Shown: one piece after another, positions 33,457-52,049 of the stretch
How positions within the stretch are numbered: the stretch's first letter is position 1
Layout: each line of letters opens with the position of its first letter
Assembly (NCBI GenBank): GCA_016875335.1
Contig: VGRO01000003.1
Coordinates: forward strand, 10,343-74,342
Origin: Deltaproteobacteria bacterium
GTDB taxonomy: Bacteria; Myxococcota_A; UBA9042
Direction of reading: 5' to 3'
DNA length: 64,000 nucleotides
Notes under the pieces: model-generated
The model's database searches: none
Seen by the model: only the letters and a program-made list of their open reading frames with translations
What the model was told of the DNA's origin: nothing
Program-made: the position numbers and the translations under genes

Positions 33457-34143
33457 TCAAGCCGCCACCTTGGCCGTGCGCCGCTTGAAGGCCTGGCCAA
33501 AGAAGTTGCCCAGGTAGCCGGCCGCCGAGCCGACCGAGAACACCATCGACAGGGTCAACATCAGCGCGCCCACCTTGTGGTAGTCCACGGTGCCGGACAG
33601 CACGATGAAATCGGTGTGCAGTTCGAAATGGATCAGCAGCCCCACCAGTCCAACCATTTGCAGCGCAGTCTTCCATTTGCCCCAGCGGTCGCTCGGCACG
33701 TCGAAGCCTTCGTCGGCGGCGATCGCCCGCAGGCCGGTGATCGCGACCTCGCGCGACAACAGCAGGATCGCCATCCACGCAGGTGTACGTCCCAGGTGGA
33801 CCAGTTCGACGAGGCACGCCAAGACCAGCAGCTTGTCGGCCAACGGGTCCAGGAACTTGCCGAACGCGCTCTGCAAGTTCAGGTTTCGCGCCAGCCAGCC
33901 GTCCAGGAAGTCGGTGATCGAGGCCACGGCGAAAAGCGTCGTCGCCCAGAACGCGGCGCGCAGCGCCAGCCATTGTCCGCCCGCCGCGCACGGATCGGAC
34001 AACTCCATCTGCCACATGACCAGCGGGATGGCGGCGACCCGACCCATGGTCAAGATGTTGGGCAGGTTGAAAATCTCTTCGCGAAGCGCCGACTTGGGGC
34101 GACCGGGCCTTCTGCGTTTCTTGGCGGGTTTGGCTTCGGCCAT
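33457..34143 (-). CDS. pgsA: CDP-diacylglycerol--glycerol-3-phosphate 3-phosphatidyltransferase
   Basis: The CDP-alcohol phosphatidyltransferase motif is ITDFLDGWLARNLNLQSAFGKFLDPLADKLLV, with multiple TM helices. The ATG at 34143 was verified; the ORF-track start at 34260 adds 39 non-homologous residues. Confidence 0.85.
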   Translation of the reverse strand: MAEAKPAKKRRRPGRPKSALREEIFNLPNILTMGRVAAIPLVMWQMELSDPCAAGGQWLALRAAFWATTLFAVASITDFLDGWLARNLNLQSAFGKFLDPLADKLLVLACLVELVHLGRTPAWMAILLLSREVAITGLRAIAADEGFDVPSDRWGKWKTALQMVGLVGLLIHFELHTDFIVLSGTVDYHKVGALMLTLSMVFSVGSAAGYLGNFFGQAFKRRTAKVAA

Positions 34144-34250
34144 GGCCGGCAGTATGGCACCAGCGGCCGCAGCGGCCAACCGGCGATTGCCGCGACCGGC
34201 GTCGCGCGCTACTTTGGCTGCCCCGTGCCGACCAAGGCCGCAGCGACACC

Positions 34251-34919
34251 ATGACGCCATCGACCCTGCACCACCTGGCCGCCCATCACGGCGACTTTGA
34301 CCAGTTCGCCGCGCTGATGCAGCAGACTGCTTCTGGCCGCTTCAATGAGGTGTTCTGGGGCGTGTGGCGGCAATACGTGGCGCCGGCCCTGCCGGAGACC
34401 GGCCGCGTCGTCGACCTCGGCTGCGGCCCCGGCGGACTTTTCGCGCCGTTGCGCGCCCGGCATCCCGACGTTGCCCTCATCGGTGTCGAAGTCCAACCCG
34501 CGATGCTGCGCGAGGCGAGGGCCGTGGCGGTGCATGTGCGTGCAGAGATCCTCGAGGCTGACCTCAACCTGCCGCTGCCGCTTGCCGACGCTTGCGCAGA
34601 CGCGGTGACGTTGGCCCACGTGCTGCACGAATTGCCCTGGCCGGTTCCGCTCTTGCGCGAGGCGCTGCGCATCTTGCGCCCGGGCGGCGCGTGCCTGGTG
34701 TTCGACTGGGTGCGGCAGCCTCTGCAGAGCTACGTCGAGGGCGCGGAACTCGACGAGAACCTCCTGCAGCACTTTCGCGAACACTGCTTGTACACACCCG
34801 ACGACCTCGCCTTCTTGTGCCAGCGCGCCGGCTTCGAGGTGCGCGAGATCATCGGCCGGCGCGGCGGACGCTTTGCCATGATCGCGCTCGCCCGACCCGC
34901 GCTCGCCGAGCCCACGTGA
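34251..34919 (+). CDS. class I SAM-dependent methyltransferase
   Basis: Motif I is VVDLGCGPGG, followed by post-I LIGVEV and motif II/III (AVTLAHVLHELP, LRPGGACLVFDW). Its stop overlaps the GTG of the downstream DUF692 gene as GTGA. Confidence 0.8.
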   Translation: MTPSTLHHLAAHHGDFDQFAALMQQTASGRFNEVFWGVWRQYVAPALPETGRVVDLGCGPGGLFAPLRARHPDVALIGVEVQPAMLREARAVAVHVRAEILEADLNLPLPLADACADAVTLAHVLHELPWPVPLLREALRILRPGGACLVFDWVRQPLQSYVEGAELDENLLQHFREHCLYTPDDLAFLCQRAGFEVREIIGRRGGRFAMIALARPALAEPT

Positions 34920-36565
34920 TCGCGCCGCCGGCTGACCTGGGTTTGGGGCTCGGCCTGCGCGGTCCGCACCTGGCGCAGTGGCTGCGCGAGCCCCCACCAG
35001 CCGTCCAGTGGATCGAAGCCATCACCGACAACTATCTGGCCAACCGCGGTTGGCTGCGCCGCGTGCTTGTGCGCTTGGCCGAGTCCCGTCCGGTCGTCTT
35101 GCACGGCGTCGGGCTGAACATCGGTTCGACCGATCGGCTCGACCGCATCTACTTGCGCCAGGTCCGCCAGTTGGCGGCCGAAGTCCGCGCGCCCTGGGTG
35201 TCGGACCACCTGTGCTGGACCGGGGTGGGCCGGCTGCAGACGCACGACCTGCTGCCCATGCCGTACACCGATGCCGCGCTGCACTGGTTGGTCGAGCGGA
35301 TCCGCGCGGTCCAGGAACTGCTGGAACGGCCGCTGGTTCTCGAAAACCCCTCGACCTACCTGGCGTTTCGCCAATCGACCTGGACCGAGTGGGATTTCCT
35401 GGCCGAGTTGTGCGAGCGCGCCGACTGCGGCCTGCTGATCGACGTCAACAACGTACACGTCTCCGCCTTCAACCACGGGTTCGACGAGGCCCGGTGGCTC
35501 GCTGCCGTGCCGTGGGCGCGCGTTTGGCAGTTGCACGTCGCCGGCCACACCACGTACGCGACCCACAAGCTCGACACCCACGTGGGACCGGTGCCCGAAG
35601 CCGTCTGGCGCCTCTACGGCGAGGCGTGGGCGCGCTGCGGTGGCCGCTCGACGTTGCTCGAATGGGACCAGGACATCCCAGACCTCGACGTCGCCGTAGC
35701 CGAGTTGTGCAAGGCGCGCGCGTGGCAGGCTGCCGAGCGGTCGAGCGGCAGCGTGCAGGCGCGCCGCGCCGGCTCGGCGGTCGGGGGCGACACCAATGCC
35801 CCGGCCGGGCTGCGCGCCCTGCAGCGCGCGGTGTTGCGGCAGATCGCGACCGGCAGGACGAGCACCGCCGTACAGCGACAGGTGCTGCCGACCTCGCAAC
35901 TGACCGGCCGCGCACGCGTGGCCATCCACGGCCGCATGTACGCGTTGCGACTCGACGGCGCGCTGGCCGAGGATTTCGCGAGGACCGCGCAACTGCTCGG
36001 CAGGCGGGCGTTTGCCGCGGCGTGTGCGGGCTATCGCAGGCGCCATCCCTCGCGGCACTGGGCACTGGAGCAGTACGGCATCCGGTTTGCCGCGTGGCTG
36101 GCCAGTCAACCGCGGTTCGCGGGCAACCCCGCGCAACTGGCGCGGCTGGAGTGGGCCGTCGTCCAGACGCGCCTGGCGCCGGGTTGCGACCCGCTGGCCA
36201 TCGACTGGGCGGACCGCGTCGGCGGCACGCCCTTGGCCCAATGCTGCTTGCGCTTTGCCCCGGGCGTCCGCGTGCAGCATGTCGCGCCCGAGGTGTGGCA
36301 CATCTGGTCCGGGCAGGCGCTGCGCAGCGGCAAGCGCGTCGCGGTGCGGCTTTCTCCGGCCGGGCGCCACGTGGCAGTGCGGTCCCTGTCGCCGGCCGAG
36401 GCCGCCGCCCTATCCGCACTGCGCGCCGGCATGCCCATCCTGCAAGCGTGTGCGGCGGTCGCGCGGCGGTCTGCGGCCTGGGGGGCCGAAGTGCAGGTCA
36501 GGCTGGGCGATTGGTTGCGCGATTGGGTGGCCGACGGCGCGGTCGTGGCGGTCGAGCCCGCGTGA
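34916..36565 (+). CDS. DUF692 (MNIO, MbnB/TglH/HvfB/BufB-like) enzyme fused to its DUF2063 (MbnC/HvfC/BufC-like) partner domain
   Basis: The N-terminal DUF692 signatures are GLGLGLRGPH, EAITDNY, HGVGLNIGS, SDHLCW, LENPSTY and LLIDVNNVHVSAFNHGFD. The C-terminal DUF2063 signatures are VAIHGRMYALRLDGALAEDFARTAQLLGRRAFAAACAGYRRRHPSRHWALEQYGIRFAAWL. No precursor-peptide ORF of 60 aa or more is adjacent. Confidence 0.85.
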   Translation: MIAPPADLGLGLGLRGPHLAQWLREPPPAVQWIEAITDNYLANRGWLRRVLVRLAESRPVVLHGVGLNIGSTDRLDRIYLRQVRQLAAEVRAPWVSDHLCWTGVGRLQTHDLLPMPYTDAALHWLVERIRAVQELLERPLVLENPSTYLAFRQSTWTEWDFLAELCERADCGLLIDVNNVHVSAFNHGFDEARWLAAVPWARVWQLHVAGHTTYATHKLDTHVGPVPEAVWRLYGEAWARCGGRSTLLEWDQDIPDLDVAVAELCKARAWQAAERSSGSVQARRAGSAVGGDTNAPAGLRALQRAVLRQIATGRTSTAVQRQVLPTSQLTGRARVAIHGRMYALRLDGALAEDFARTAQLLGRRAFAAACAGYRRRHPSRHWALEQYGIRFAAWLASQPRFAGNPAQLARLEWAVVQTRLAPGCDPLAIDWADRVGGTPLAQCCLRFAPGVRVQHVAPEVWHIWSGQALRSGKRVAVRLSPAGRHVAVRSLSPAEAAALSALRAGMPILQACAAVARRSAAWGAEVQVRLGDWLRDWVADGAVVAVEPA

Positions 36566-36572
36566 CGCCGCG

Positions 36573-41381
<4,809 letters not shown>

Positions 41382-41490
41382 GGTTGGCCCTGTCGCGGAG
41401 CGGGCGTGCGCCCTGCGTGCAGTCTTGCCGCCCGGTGGGCGCTGTCAAGAACCGCACATGGTTCCTTTCGGTTGGTTGCGGCGCGCCGCG

Positions 41491-43008
41491 CTACCTGGGC
41501 TCGGTCGGACCGTCGATGGCCGGATCGGCGGTGTCCTCGCCTCGGGGTGGCACCACCGCGCGCGCCGGCAACGTGGGCCCGTCGAGGTCTTCGCCCAGGT
41601 CCAGGGCCGGCAACGGCTGGCTGCTCGCCAGCGCGGGCGGCGGGCGCAGGTGGGGCAGGTCCGGCAGATCGGCAGTGGTTGCGCCCACCCATTCGCCGTC
41701 GGCACCGACACCTGCTGTCCTGCCATCGCGCACGACCACGACCACCGGCGCGATGCCGCGCGGGTCGGTGTCTTCGTCCAGGCTGCGCGAACCGGCCGGA
41801 GCGGACGCCACTGCGCGCACGGGATCCGTGTCCCGCACGTTGGGTGATGCCGTCGGTTGCGCCGCGCCCAGCGGCGGCGTGGTTGCCTGGGCCGCGGCGA
41901 GCGAGGCGGCCTGGGCGGCCCGCACCTGCGCGCCGATGTCTCGCGGGATCTTCTCCGTCGGTTCCTGGCTCGAAGTGGCCCGCCGCACGACCAAGGGCAC
42001 CCCCGCCGGCGGGGTCAGGTCCTCGCGGCTCATCGGCCGGACGGGCTGCGTCGCCGCGAACTTGGGCGGCAGGTTGACGCGGATCTCCGGCATGGTCTCC
42101 TGGTCGATCAGCCCCTCGCCGGCGACGTCCGGTTCGTGCTCCAGGTCGTCCAGCGCCGTCCCGGGGCTGGTGTCGAAGCTGGTCAGCGGGCTCATCGGCA
42201 GCGTGCGCCGGTGGAATGGCACAGCCTTGGGCTGGTCGGCGACCTCGACCGTCTTGAGCAGCAAAATGGTGACGTTGTCCTTGCCGCCGCTGTCCAACGC
42301 CTGCTGGATGAGCCGAGCGCCGACCTGCGGCAAGTCGCCCATGCCGTCGCGCAGAATCTGCGCGATCTGCTCGTCTTCGACCATGTCGTTCAGGCCGTCC
42401 GAGCACAGCAGGTACACGTCGCCAGCGCGGTACTCGGTAATCTGCACGTCGGGTTCGACGTTCTCGCGCAGGCCGACGGCCCGCACGATCACGTTCTTGC
42501 CAGCGAACCCCTTGATCTGCTGAGCCGACATCGGCCGGGTGTTCATGTAGTAGTTGAGCAGGCTATGGTCGTCGGTCAACTGCTCGAATTCGCCGTCGCG
42601 CAGCCGATAGATGCGGCTGTCGCCGACATGGACCAGGCCCAGCCGCTGTGCGCCCGCGTACACGCCCGCGATGGTGGTGCCCATGCCCTTGTGCAGCGGG
42701 TTGGCCTGTGCCTGAACAAACACCTCGCGGTTGGCGGCGCGCACCGCGGCGTCCAGGGCCCGCGCCTCCTCGGATTGCTGCACTCCGCTTTCGGCCGGCC
42801 AGCGAAAGTCGGGCCTGAACCGATCCATGGCCAGGAAGCGCACCACTGCGTCGGCGGCGATCTGGCTGGCGATTTCACCGCTGGCGTGGCCCCCCATGCC
42901 GTCGCAGACCAAGTACACGCCAGCGTCGGCGGCCACGCGAAAGGCGTCCTCGTTGTTCTTGCGCTCCCGGCCGACATTGGTCTCGCCGTAGTGCACAATC
43001 TTGAACAT
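41491..43008 (-). CDS. PP2C-family Ser/Thr protein phosphatase with a long Pro/Ala-rich disordered C-terminal extension
   Basis: MFKIVHYGETNVGRERKNNEDAF...VCDGMGGHASGEIAS...GTTIAGV...VGDSRIYR...LCSDGL...DNVTILLL is the full PPM motif set. The ATG at 43008 was verified. About 220 aa of low-complexity tail follow. Confidence 0.85.
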   Translation of the reverse strand: MFKIVHYGETNVGRERKNNEDAFRVAADAGVYLVCDGMGGHASGEIASQIAADAVVRFLAMDRFRPDFRWPAESGVQQSEEARALDAAVRAANREVFVQAQANPLHKGMGTTIAGVYAGAQRLGLVHVGDSRIYRLRDGEFEQLTDDHSLLNYYMNTRPMSAQQIKGFAGKNVIVRAVGLRENVEPDVQITEYRAGDVYLLCSDGLNDMVEDEQIAQILRDGMGDLPQVGARLIQQALDSGGKDNVTILLLKTVEVADQPKAVPFHRRTLPMSPLTSFDTSPGTALDDLEHEPDVAGEGLIDQETMPEIRVNLPPKFAATQPVRPMSREDLTPPAGVPLVVRRATSSQEPTEKIPRDIGAQVRAAQAASLAAAQATTPPLGAAQPTASPNVRDTDPVRAVASAPAGSRSLDEDTDPRGIAPVVVVVRDGRTAGVGADGEWVGATTADLPDLPHLRPPPALASSQPLPALDLGEDLDGPTLPARAVVPPRGEDTADPAIDGPTEPR

Positions 43009-43357
43009 CGACGCCACCTCGGGGCCGCTCAGGGACACAGGACCGAAGAACTGCGCGGTACGGGGCCGGTCGGTCAGGCGAAATCCAGGAGCGTCCGCCG
43101 GCCGCGGTGTAGCAGGCAATCGCGCGCGGCGTCAAGGCCCACGCGACGGCGGGGGGTGCGGTTCCTGAACCGGGGTCTGGTTCCGGCCTGCCGGCGCGCG
43201 AACGCGCACGCAACAATTACAAAGCCTTACCTGCGCAAGGCCCACTTCCCCCTGGCGCGGACCAGGTGCGCTTGAGGGCGAAAAACCAATCGCTTGCGCC
43301 CGGACCCTATCTGGCGATCCGCGCCCGGACGGCGGCGGGCGCGGCGCGGCGAAAAGC

Positions 43358-44254
43358 TCAGCCCAAAAGGGCCAACCGACGCAGTTCTGCTTGCAGGGCC
43401 GTGCGCGTTGCGTCCGACGCGGCCACCAGCGGCAGCCGGCACGCTGGCGCCATGTGACCGAGCAGGTGCATCGCCATCTTGGCGGGTTGCGGGTTTGGTT
43501 CGCAAAAGAGGGCCTTGATGAGCGGCAGCAGGTCCACCTGGCCGCGCGCGGCCGCCTCGGTGCGCCCCGCCGAGAAGTCGCGCCACAGAGCTGCAGTGCG
43601 CGCCGGAGCGACGTTGGACACCACCGAGATGACCCCGCGGCCGCCGACCGCGTAGGTGGGCACGCAAAGCGCGTCTTCGCCCGAGAGGACGGCAAAGGCA
43701 AACTCGGTCAAGCGCACGGTCTCCTGCACCTGCTCCAGCGACCCGGCCGCCTCCTTGAGCGCGACCACATTGGGATGTCGCGCCAACTCGGCGACCGTCG
43801 CGGGCAGCAGGTTGACGCCGGTGCGCCCTGGCACGTTGTAGAGCACTACGGGCACTGTCGCGGCATCGGCTACACGCAGGAAGTGTTCTTTCATGCCGGC
43901 CTGGGTCGGCTTGTTGTAGTAGGGCGTGACGACCAGCACCCCGTCGACGCCGAGCGCGCACGCCGTATGGGTGGTCAGCAGCGTTTTGGCGGTGCTGTTC
44001 GATCCGACACCCGCGAGGACCGGCACGCGGCCGTTGGCGGCGGCCACCACGGTCGCGACCACCGTCTGGTATTCATCGTCGGTCAGCGTGGCGGTTTCGC
44101 CGGTCGTCCCGCAGGCCACCAGACCGTCCACGCCGCCGGCGATTTGCATCTCGACCAGGCCGCGCAACGCCGGCAGGTCCAAGGACCGGTCGTCGTCGTC
44201 GAGAAACGGAGTGACCAGTGCGGTGTGGGTGCCTGCGGGAACGAAACGGGCCAT
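43358..44254 (-). CDS. dapA: 4-hydroxy-tetrahydrodipicolinate synthase
   Basis: GTHTALVTPF...GVDGLVACGTTGE...VPVLAGVGSNST...VTPYYNKP...LYNVPGRTG with the catalytic Lys in VVALKEAAG. The ATG at 44254 was verified. Confidence 0.93.
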   Translation of the reverse strand: MARFVPAGTHTALVTPFLDDDDRSLDLPALRGLVEMQIAGGVDGLVACGTTGETATLTDDEYQTVVATVVAAANGRVPVLAGVGSNSTAKTLLTTHTACALGVDGVLVVTPYYNKPTQAGMKEHFLRVADAATVPVVLYNVPGRTGVNLLPATVAELARHPNVVALKEAAGSLEQVQETVRLTEFAFAVLSGEDALCVPTYAVGGRGVISVVSNVAPARTAALWRDFSAGRTEAAARGQVDLLPLIKALFCEPNPQPAKMAMHLLGHMAPACRLPLVAASDATRTALQAELRRLALLG

Positions 44255-44327
44255 GGTGCTCCAGGTAGGGTGGGTCGACGCGCGCGACCCAAGGTGTGGC
44301 TTGAACCAGGGACGGGCGCGCCCCTTC

Positions 44328-44897
44328 TCAGCGAGACCGCTCGCGCGTCGCAATTCGCTGCAAGGCCGACACCATGGCATCGCGGACTGTGAGCGACGGT
44401 TCGCGCTCCAACTGGGCCTCGAGCAAGGGCCGGACCCGCCGATCGTCGAGGTGGCCGAGCGCGTGGGCCGCCGCCTCGCGCACCAGCGCATCTCTGTGGT
44501 GCAGGTGGGCCTGAAGGTGCGGCAGGGCCTCCGCCCCGAAGCCGTTGGCAAGGGCTGCAAGGGCGACGCGTAAGGCCTCTGGGCTTTCGGGATGGGCGAT
44601 CGCGCCGACCAGGACCGCCCTGCTGGTGGCGTTGGGGTAGTACTGCAGCCAGCCCAGGGCGCGCATGCGCACCGCGGCCGGACCGGACTTGCCGGTGGCC
44701 GTCTCGACCAGGATCGCCTGCACGTCCGGGCCGATGCGCGCCAGCTTTGCCGCGTCGACGTTGGGGTGCGGCGCATGCAGCACGGACAGCACGGCAGCGC
44801 GCTGCGCCTCGCGGGGGCGCGGATCTGCGGCCGACGCGTCCAGAGCGCACACGCCCATCACAAGGGTGGCGGCGGTCGGCAAGCAAAAGGAGCGCAT
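44328..44897 (-). CDS. secreted HEAT-repeat protein (hypothetical)
   Basis: The signal peptide is [23 protein letters not shown]. It is followed by about 4 HEAT-like helix pairs ([51 protein letters not shown]). Confidence 0.55.
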   Translation of the reverse strand: MRSFCLPTAATLVMGVCALDASAADPRPREAQRAAVLSVLHAPHPNVDAAKLARIGPDVQAILVETATGKSGPAAVRMRALGWLQYYPNATSRAVLVGAIAHPESPEALRVALAALANGFGAEALPHLQAHLHHRDALVREAAAHALGHLDDRRVRPLLEAQLEREPSLTVRDAMVSALQRIATRERSR

Positions 44898-45093
44898 GAC
44901 GTTCTCGCTGGGGTGCCGCGGGGGCGGGGCGCCTATCGTACTGCAACGCGGCCGCCGCGAAAATCATGCCCGAGATCGCGCTTGCCAGTCGCCCGGCATC
45001 CACCTAACCTGTCCGGCCCGCGGAGTTCGGGCGGTGGAGCGGCACGGGGAACGTCGTCCAGTCCGCAACCGTTCCGCCGCACAGGAAGCGTGG

Positions 45094-48198
<3,105 letters not shown>

Positions 48199-48370
48199 CC
48201 GACCGAGCGCAGTATCCCGCAGTCTGCGGTCAAAGCGTGCACGACGCGCCGCGGTTGCGGCACAATGCACTCGCTGGCGCGGCGCCCCTCCGTGCGGCCG
48301 CTGGCATCGACGGACCCGTTCGTGCGTCGATAGGACCCAAGGCCGCGGCCGTACTTTCGGGTCGCGGGCG

Positions 48371-48427
48371 CTAGGAGCCTGTGGGTGTTACGCCAGAATC
48401 GCCAGATTCTGGCCGACAGGCTCCTAG
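48371..48427. promoter_or_regulatory. Two-tier perfect inverted repeat (12-bp outer stem plus 8-bp inner stem) between secA and the Ser/Thr kinase gene
   Basis: The outer arms are ctaggagcctgt (48371..48382) and acaggctcctag (48416..48427). The inner arms are ccagaatc (48393..48400) and gattctgg (48405..48412). No U-tract follows. Confidence 0.4.
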
Positions 48428-48572
48428 GCAGGCCGCGGCTGCGGCCTGCCAGCGACCGAAACTGCCTGAAAACACTTCAGGCGGTTCTCGGTCGCTGCCC
48501 CAATCGCAATCAGCACGGAGCCGGTCGGACGATGGGCCGACAGGCTCCTTGCGAGGACGCTCCTTGGCAGAC

Positions 48573-50318
<1,746 letters not shown>

Positions 50319-50402
50319 GCGGGCGTTTGCGCGTTTCGGCTTGTCGCGCTCGCCGTTTCCGGCTAAAACCGCGCGCCCGCCGCGCCACAGCGCCGCCCCG
50401 GA

Positions 50403-52031
50403 GTGCCCATGATCCGCGCCCTCGTCCGTTGCCTGTGGGTCATCCCGGCCGCCACAGGTGCGCTCGTCCTCGCGCCCGCGTGCGGCGAGCAGAAGAAGGC
50501 CGGCAGCAAGGTCGAGAACGCCACACAGTGCCTGAGCGACTTGATGGATTCCCGCCGCAAGCGCGCCGTCGCGGGCATCCCGGCCAGCGACGACCCCGAC
50601 CAGGACGAGCACCCGTGGCTGGCGTGGGTCAAGAAGAACAGTCAGGTTGCGCAAGGCAGTGATTTCAAGGCCTGCGCCATCAAGGGCGAGGGCACGCCGG
50701 TCCGCGAGACGGCCGAGACGCTGATGCGCTACTTCGACGACCAACGCGGGTTCTACGCCGACGAAAAGAAGGAGACCAAGGAATACCTCGGCGGGCTCGT
50801 CGGCGCGCAGCGCGTCAGCAAGGGCACGACCTGGGAGGCCGACGTCGAGTTCGACGCGCTTTTCTTCCACGCGGCCACCTTGGCCAGGTATTGGACGTTG
50901 CTGCAGAGCACACCGCGCGACGACCGGGTCACCATCTTTTTCGCCAACCAACTGCTGCTGTGGAACTTTGACGCCAAAACCTCGCTCTATGAAGAGGAAA
51001 TCTCGCTCTTGTGCCAGAAGAAGCTCGGCGACTACTGCAAGGCCATTCCGATGGAAGACCGGCCATTCGCCATCACCCGTCCGTATTTCGAAGGCGTGGC
51101 AGGCCTTTTCGACGCCTACAAGGACAAGTATCCGCAGAGCCCCTATGCCACGTTCGCCGCCCGCATCGCCGGAGTCTACAAGGCACGCGCCGCCAAGGTC
51201 CCAGAGTACAAGGAGTTTCCCGTTCTGCCGGCGATACGCTCGACCAAGCCTGCGCCGTACAGCAACAACGCCACGTTCCTGGTCAGCCAGGAAAAGGGTC
51301 TTTTCCTGATGGACAACCCGCTGCGCGTGCCCAATCCGCCGCCGCCTGCCAACCCGACCGACAAGCCCAAGCCGGCGTGGAAGGGCGACTATGCCCTCGA
51401 CCCCGGCCTGGCCAAGGAGGTCGCGATTTTGGTTCAGGACGTGCGGTCGAACATGGTGTCGCAGTTCAACCAGTCGCTCATCTATTTCGTGGCCGAAGGC
51501 AAGGTGCCGGTCCAGTTCATTGAGCCGCTGCTGCGCGCGTGCATTGAAGGTGAACACGCCAAGAACTGGCCGAGCTTCGTGCTGGTGGGTCGCCGCCGCG
51601 CCGATGGCACCAACCGCCGGTCCGGTTTCAACGCCACCTTGTCCAAGGTCGAGGAGGTCGGCAAGTTCAAGGTCAAGGCGCCGACCTCGGGCAAGGTGCT
51701 GTCGTGCGAGGCCTGGGCGTCGATCGGCAAGGACCAGTTGGGCGGCACCGGTTTCAAGCCCATCGTGTTCCACGAAGGCGCGCAGATCCACATCGGCCGC
51801 CTGAACGACGACGGCACCATCGCCAGCGTGCAGAGCGCGGCCGGTCACGGCGACGGCGAGCGCCTGGAGAAGTGGGCCGATCAGCAGAACATGTCGATGG
51901 TCGTGGCCGTGCCGCAGTCGGCGACCTACGAGCAGTGGCTCGAAGCCATCAACGGCGTCGCCTACAAGTGCGAAGACGACGAGTGCTCGCGCGAACGCGG
52001 GATCAAGGTATTCCTGGCGACCTGCAAATAG
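50403..52031 (+). CDS. hypothetical Lys-rich lipoprotein (542 aa)
   Basis: The signal peptide is MPMIRALVRCLWVIPAATGALVLAPACGE. Its composition is rich in Lys, Glu and Tyr, in contrast to the Arg-rich neighbours. I recognise no domain. Confidence 0.6.
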   Translation: MPMIRALVRCLWVIPAATGALVLAPACGEQKKAGSKVENATQCLSDLMDSRRKRAVAGIPASDDPDQDEHPWLAWVKKNSQVAQGSDFKACAIKGEGTPVRETAETLMRYFDDQRGFYADEKKETKEYLGGLVGAQRVSKGTTWEADVEFDALFFHAATLARYWTLLQSTPRDDRVTIFFANQLLLWNFDAKTSLYEEEISLLCQKKLGDYCKAIPMEDRPFAITRPYFEGVAGLFDAYKDKYPQSPYATFAARIAGVYKARAAKVPEYKEFPVLPAIRSTKPAPYSNNATFLVSQEKGLFLMDNPLRVPNPPPPANPTDKPKPAWKGDYALDPGLAKEVAILVQDVRSNMVSQFNQSLIYFVAEGKVPVQFIEPLLRACIEGEHAKNWPSFVLVGRRRADGTNRRSGFNATLSKVEEVGKFKVKAPTSGKVLSCEAWASIGKDQLGGTGFKPIVFHEGAQIHIGRLNDDGTIASVQSAAGHGDGERLEKWADQQNMSMVVAVPQSATYEQWLEAINGVAYKCEDDECSRERGIKVFLATCK

Positions 52032-52049
52032 CGCCCGTCTGAGCCGCGG

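Noticed and set aside
41382-41490. TTGACA hexamer upstream of the giant Cys-rich gene as a sigma-70 promoter
   Set aside because: A perfect -35 is present on the minus strand, but the best -10 at 17-nt spacing (AGACTG) is poor. It was left uncalled pending transcription-start data.
50403-52031. Lys-rich lipoprotein as a horizontally acquired low-GC island
   Set aside because: Codon third positions remain GC-rich (AAG, GAG, CTG usage), so the nucleotide composition matches the host. Only the amino-acid composition is unusual.
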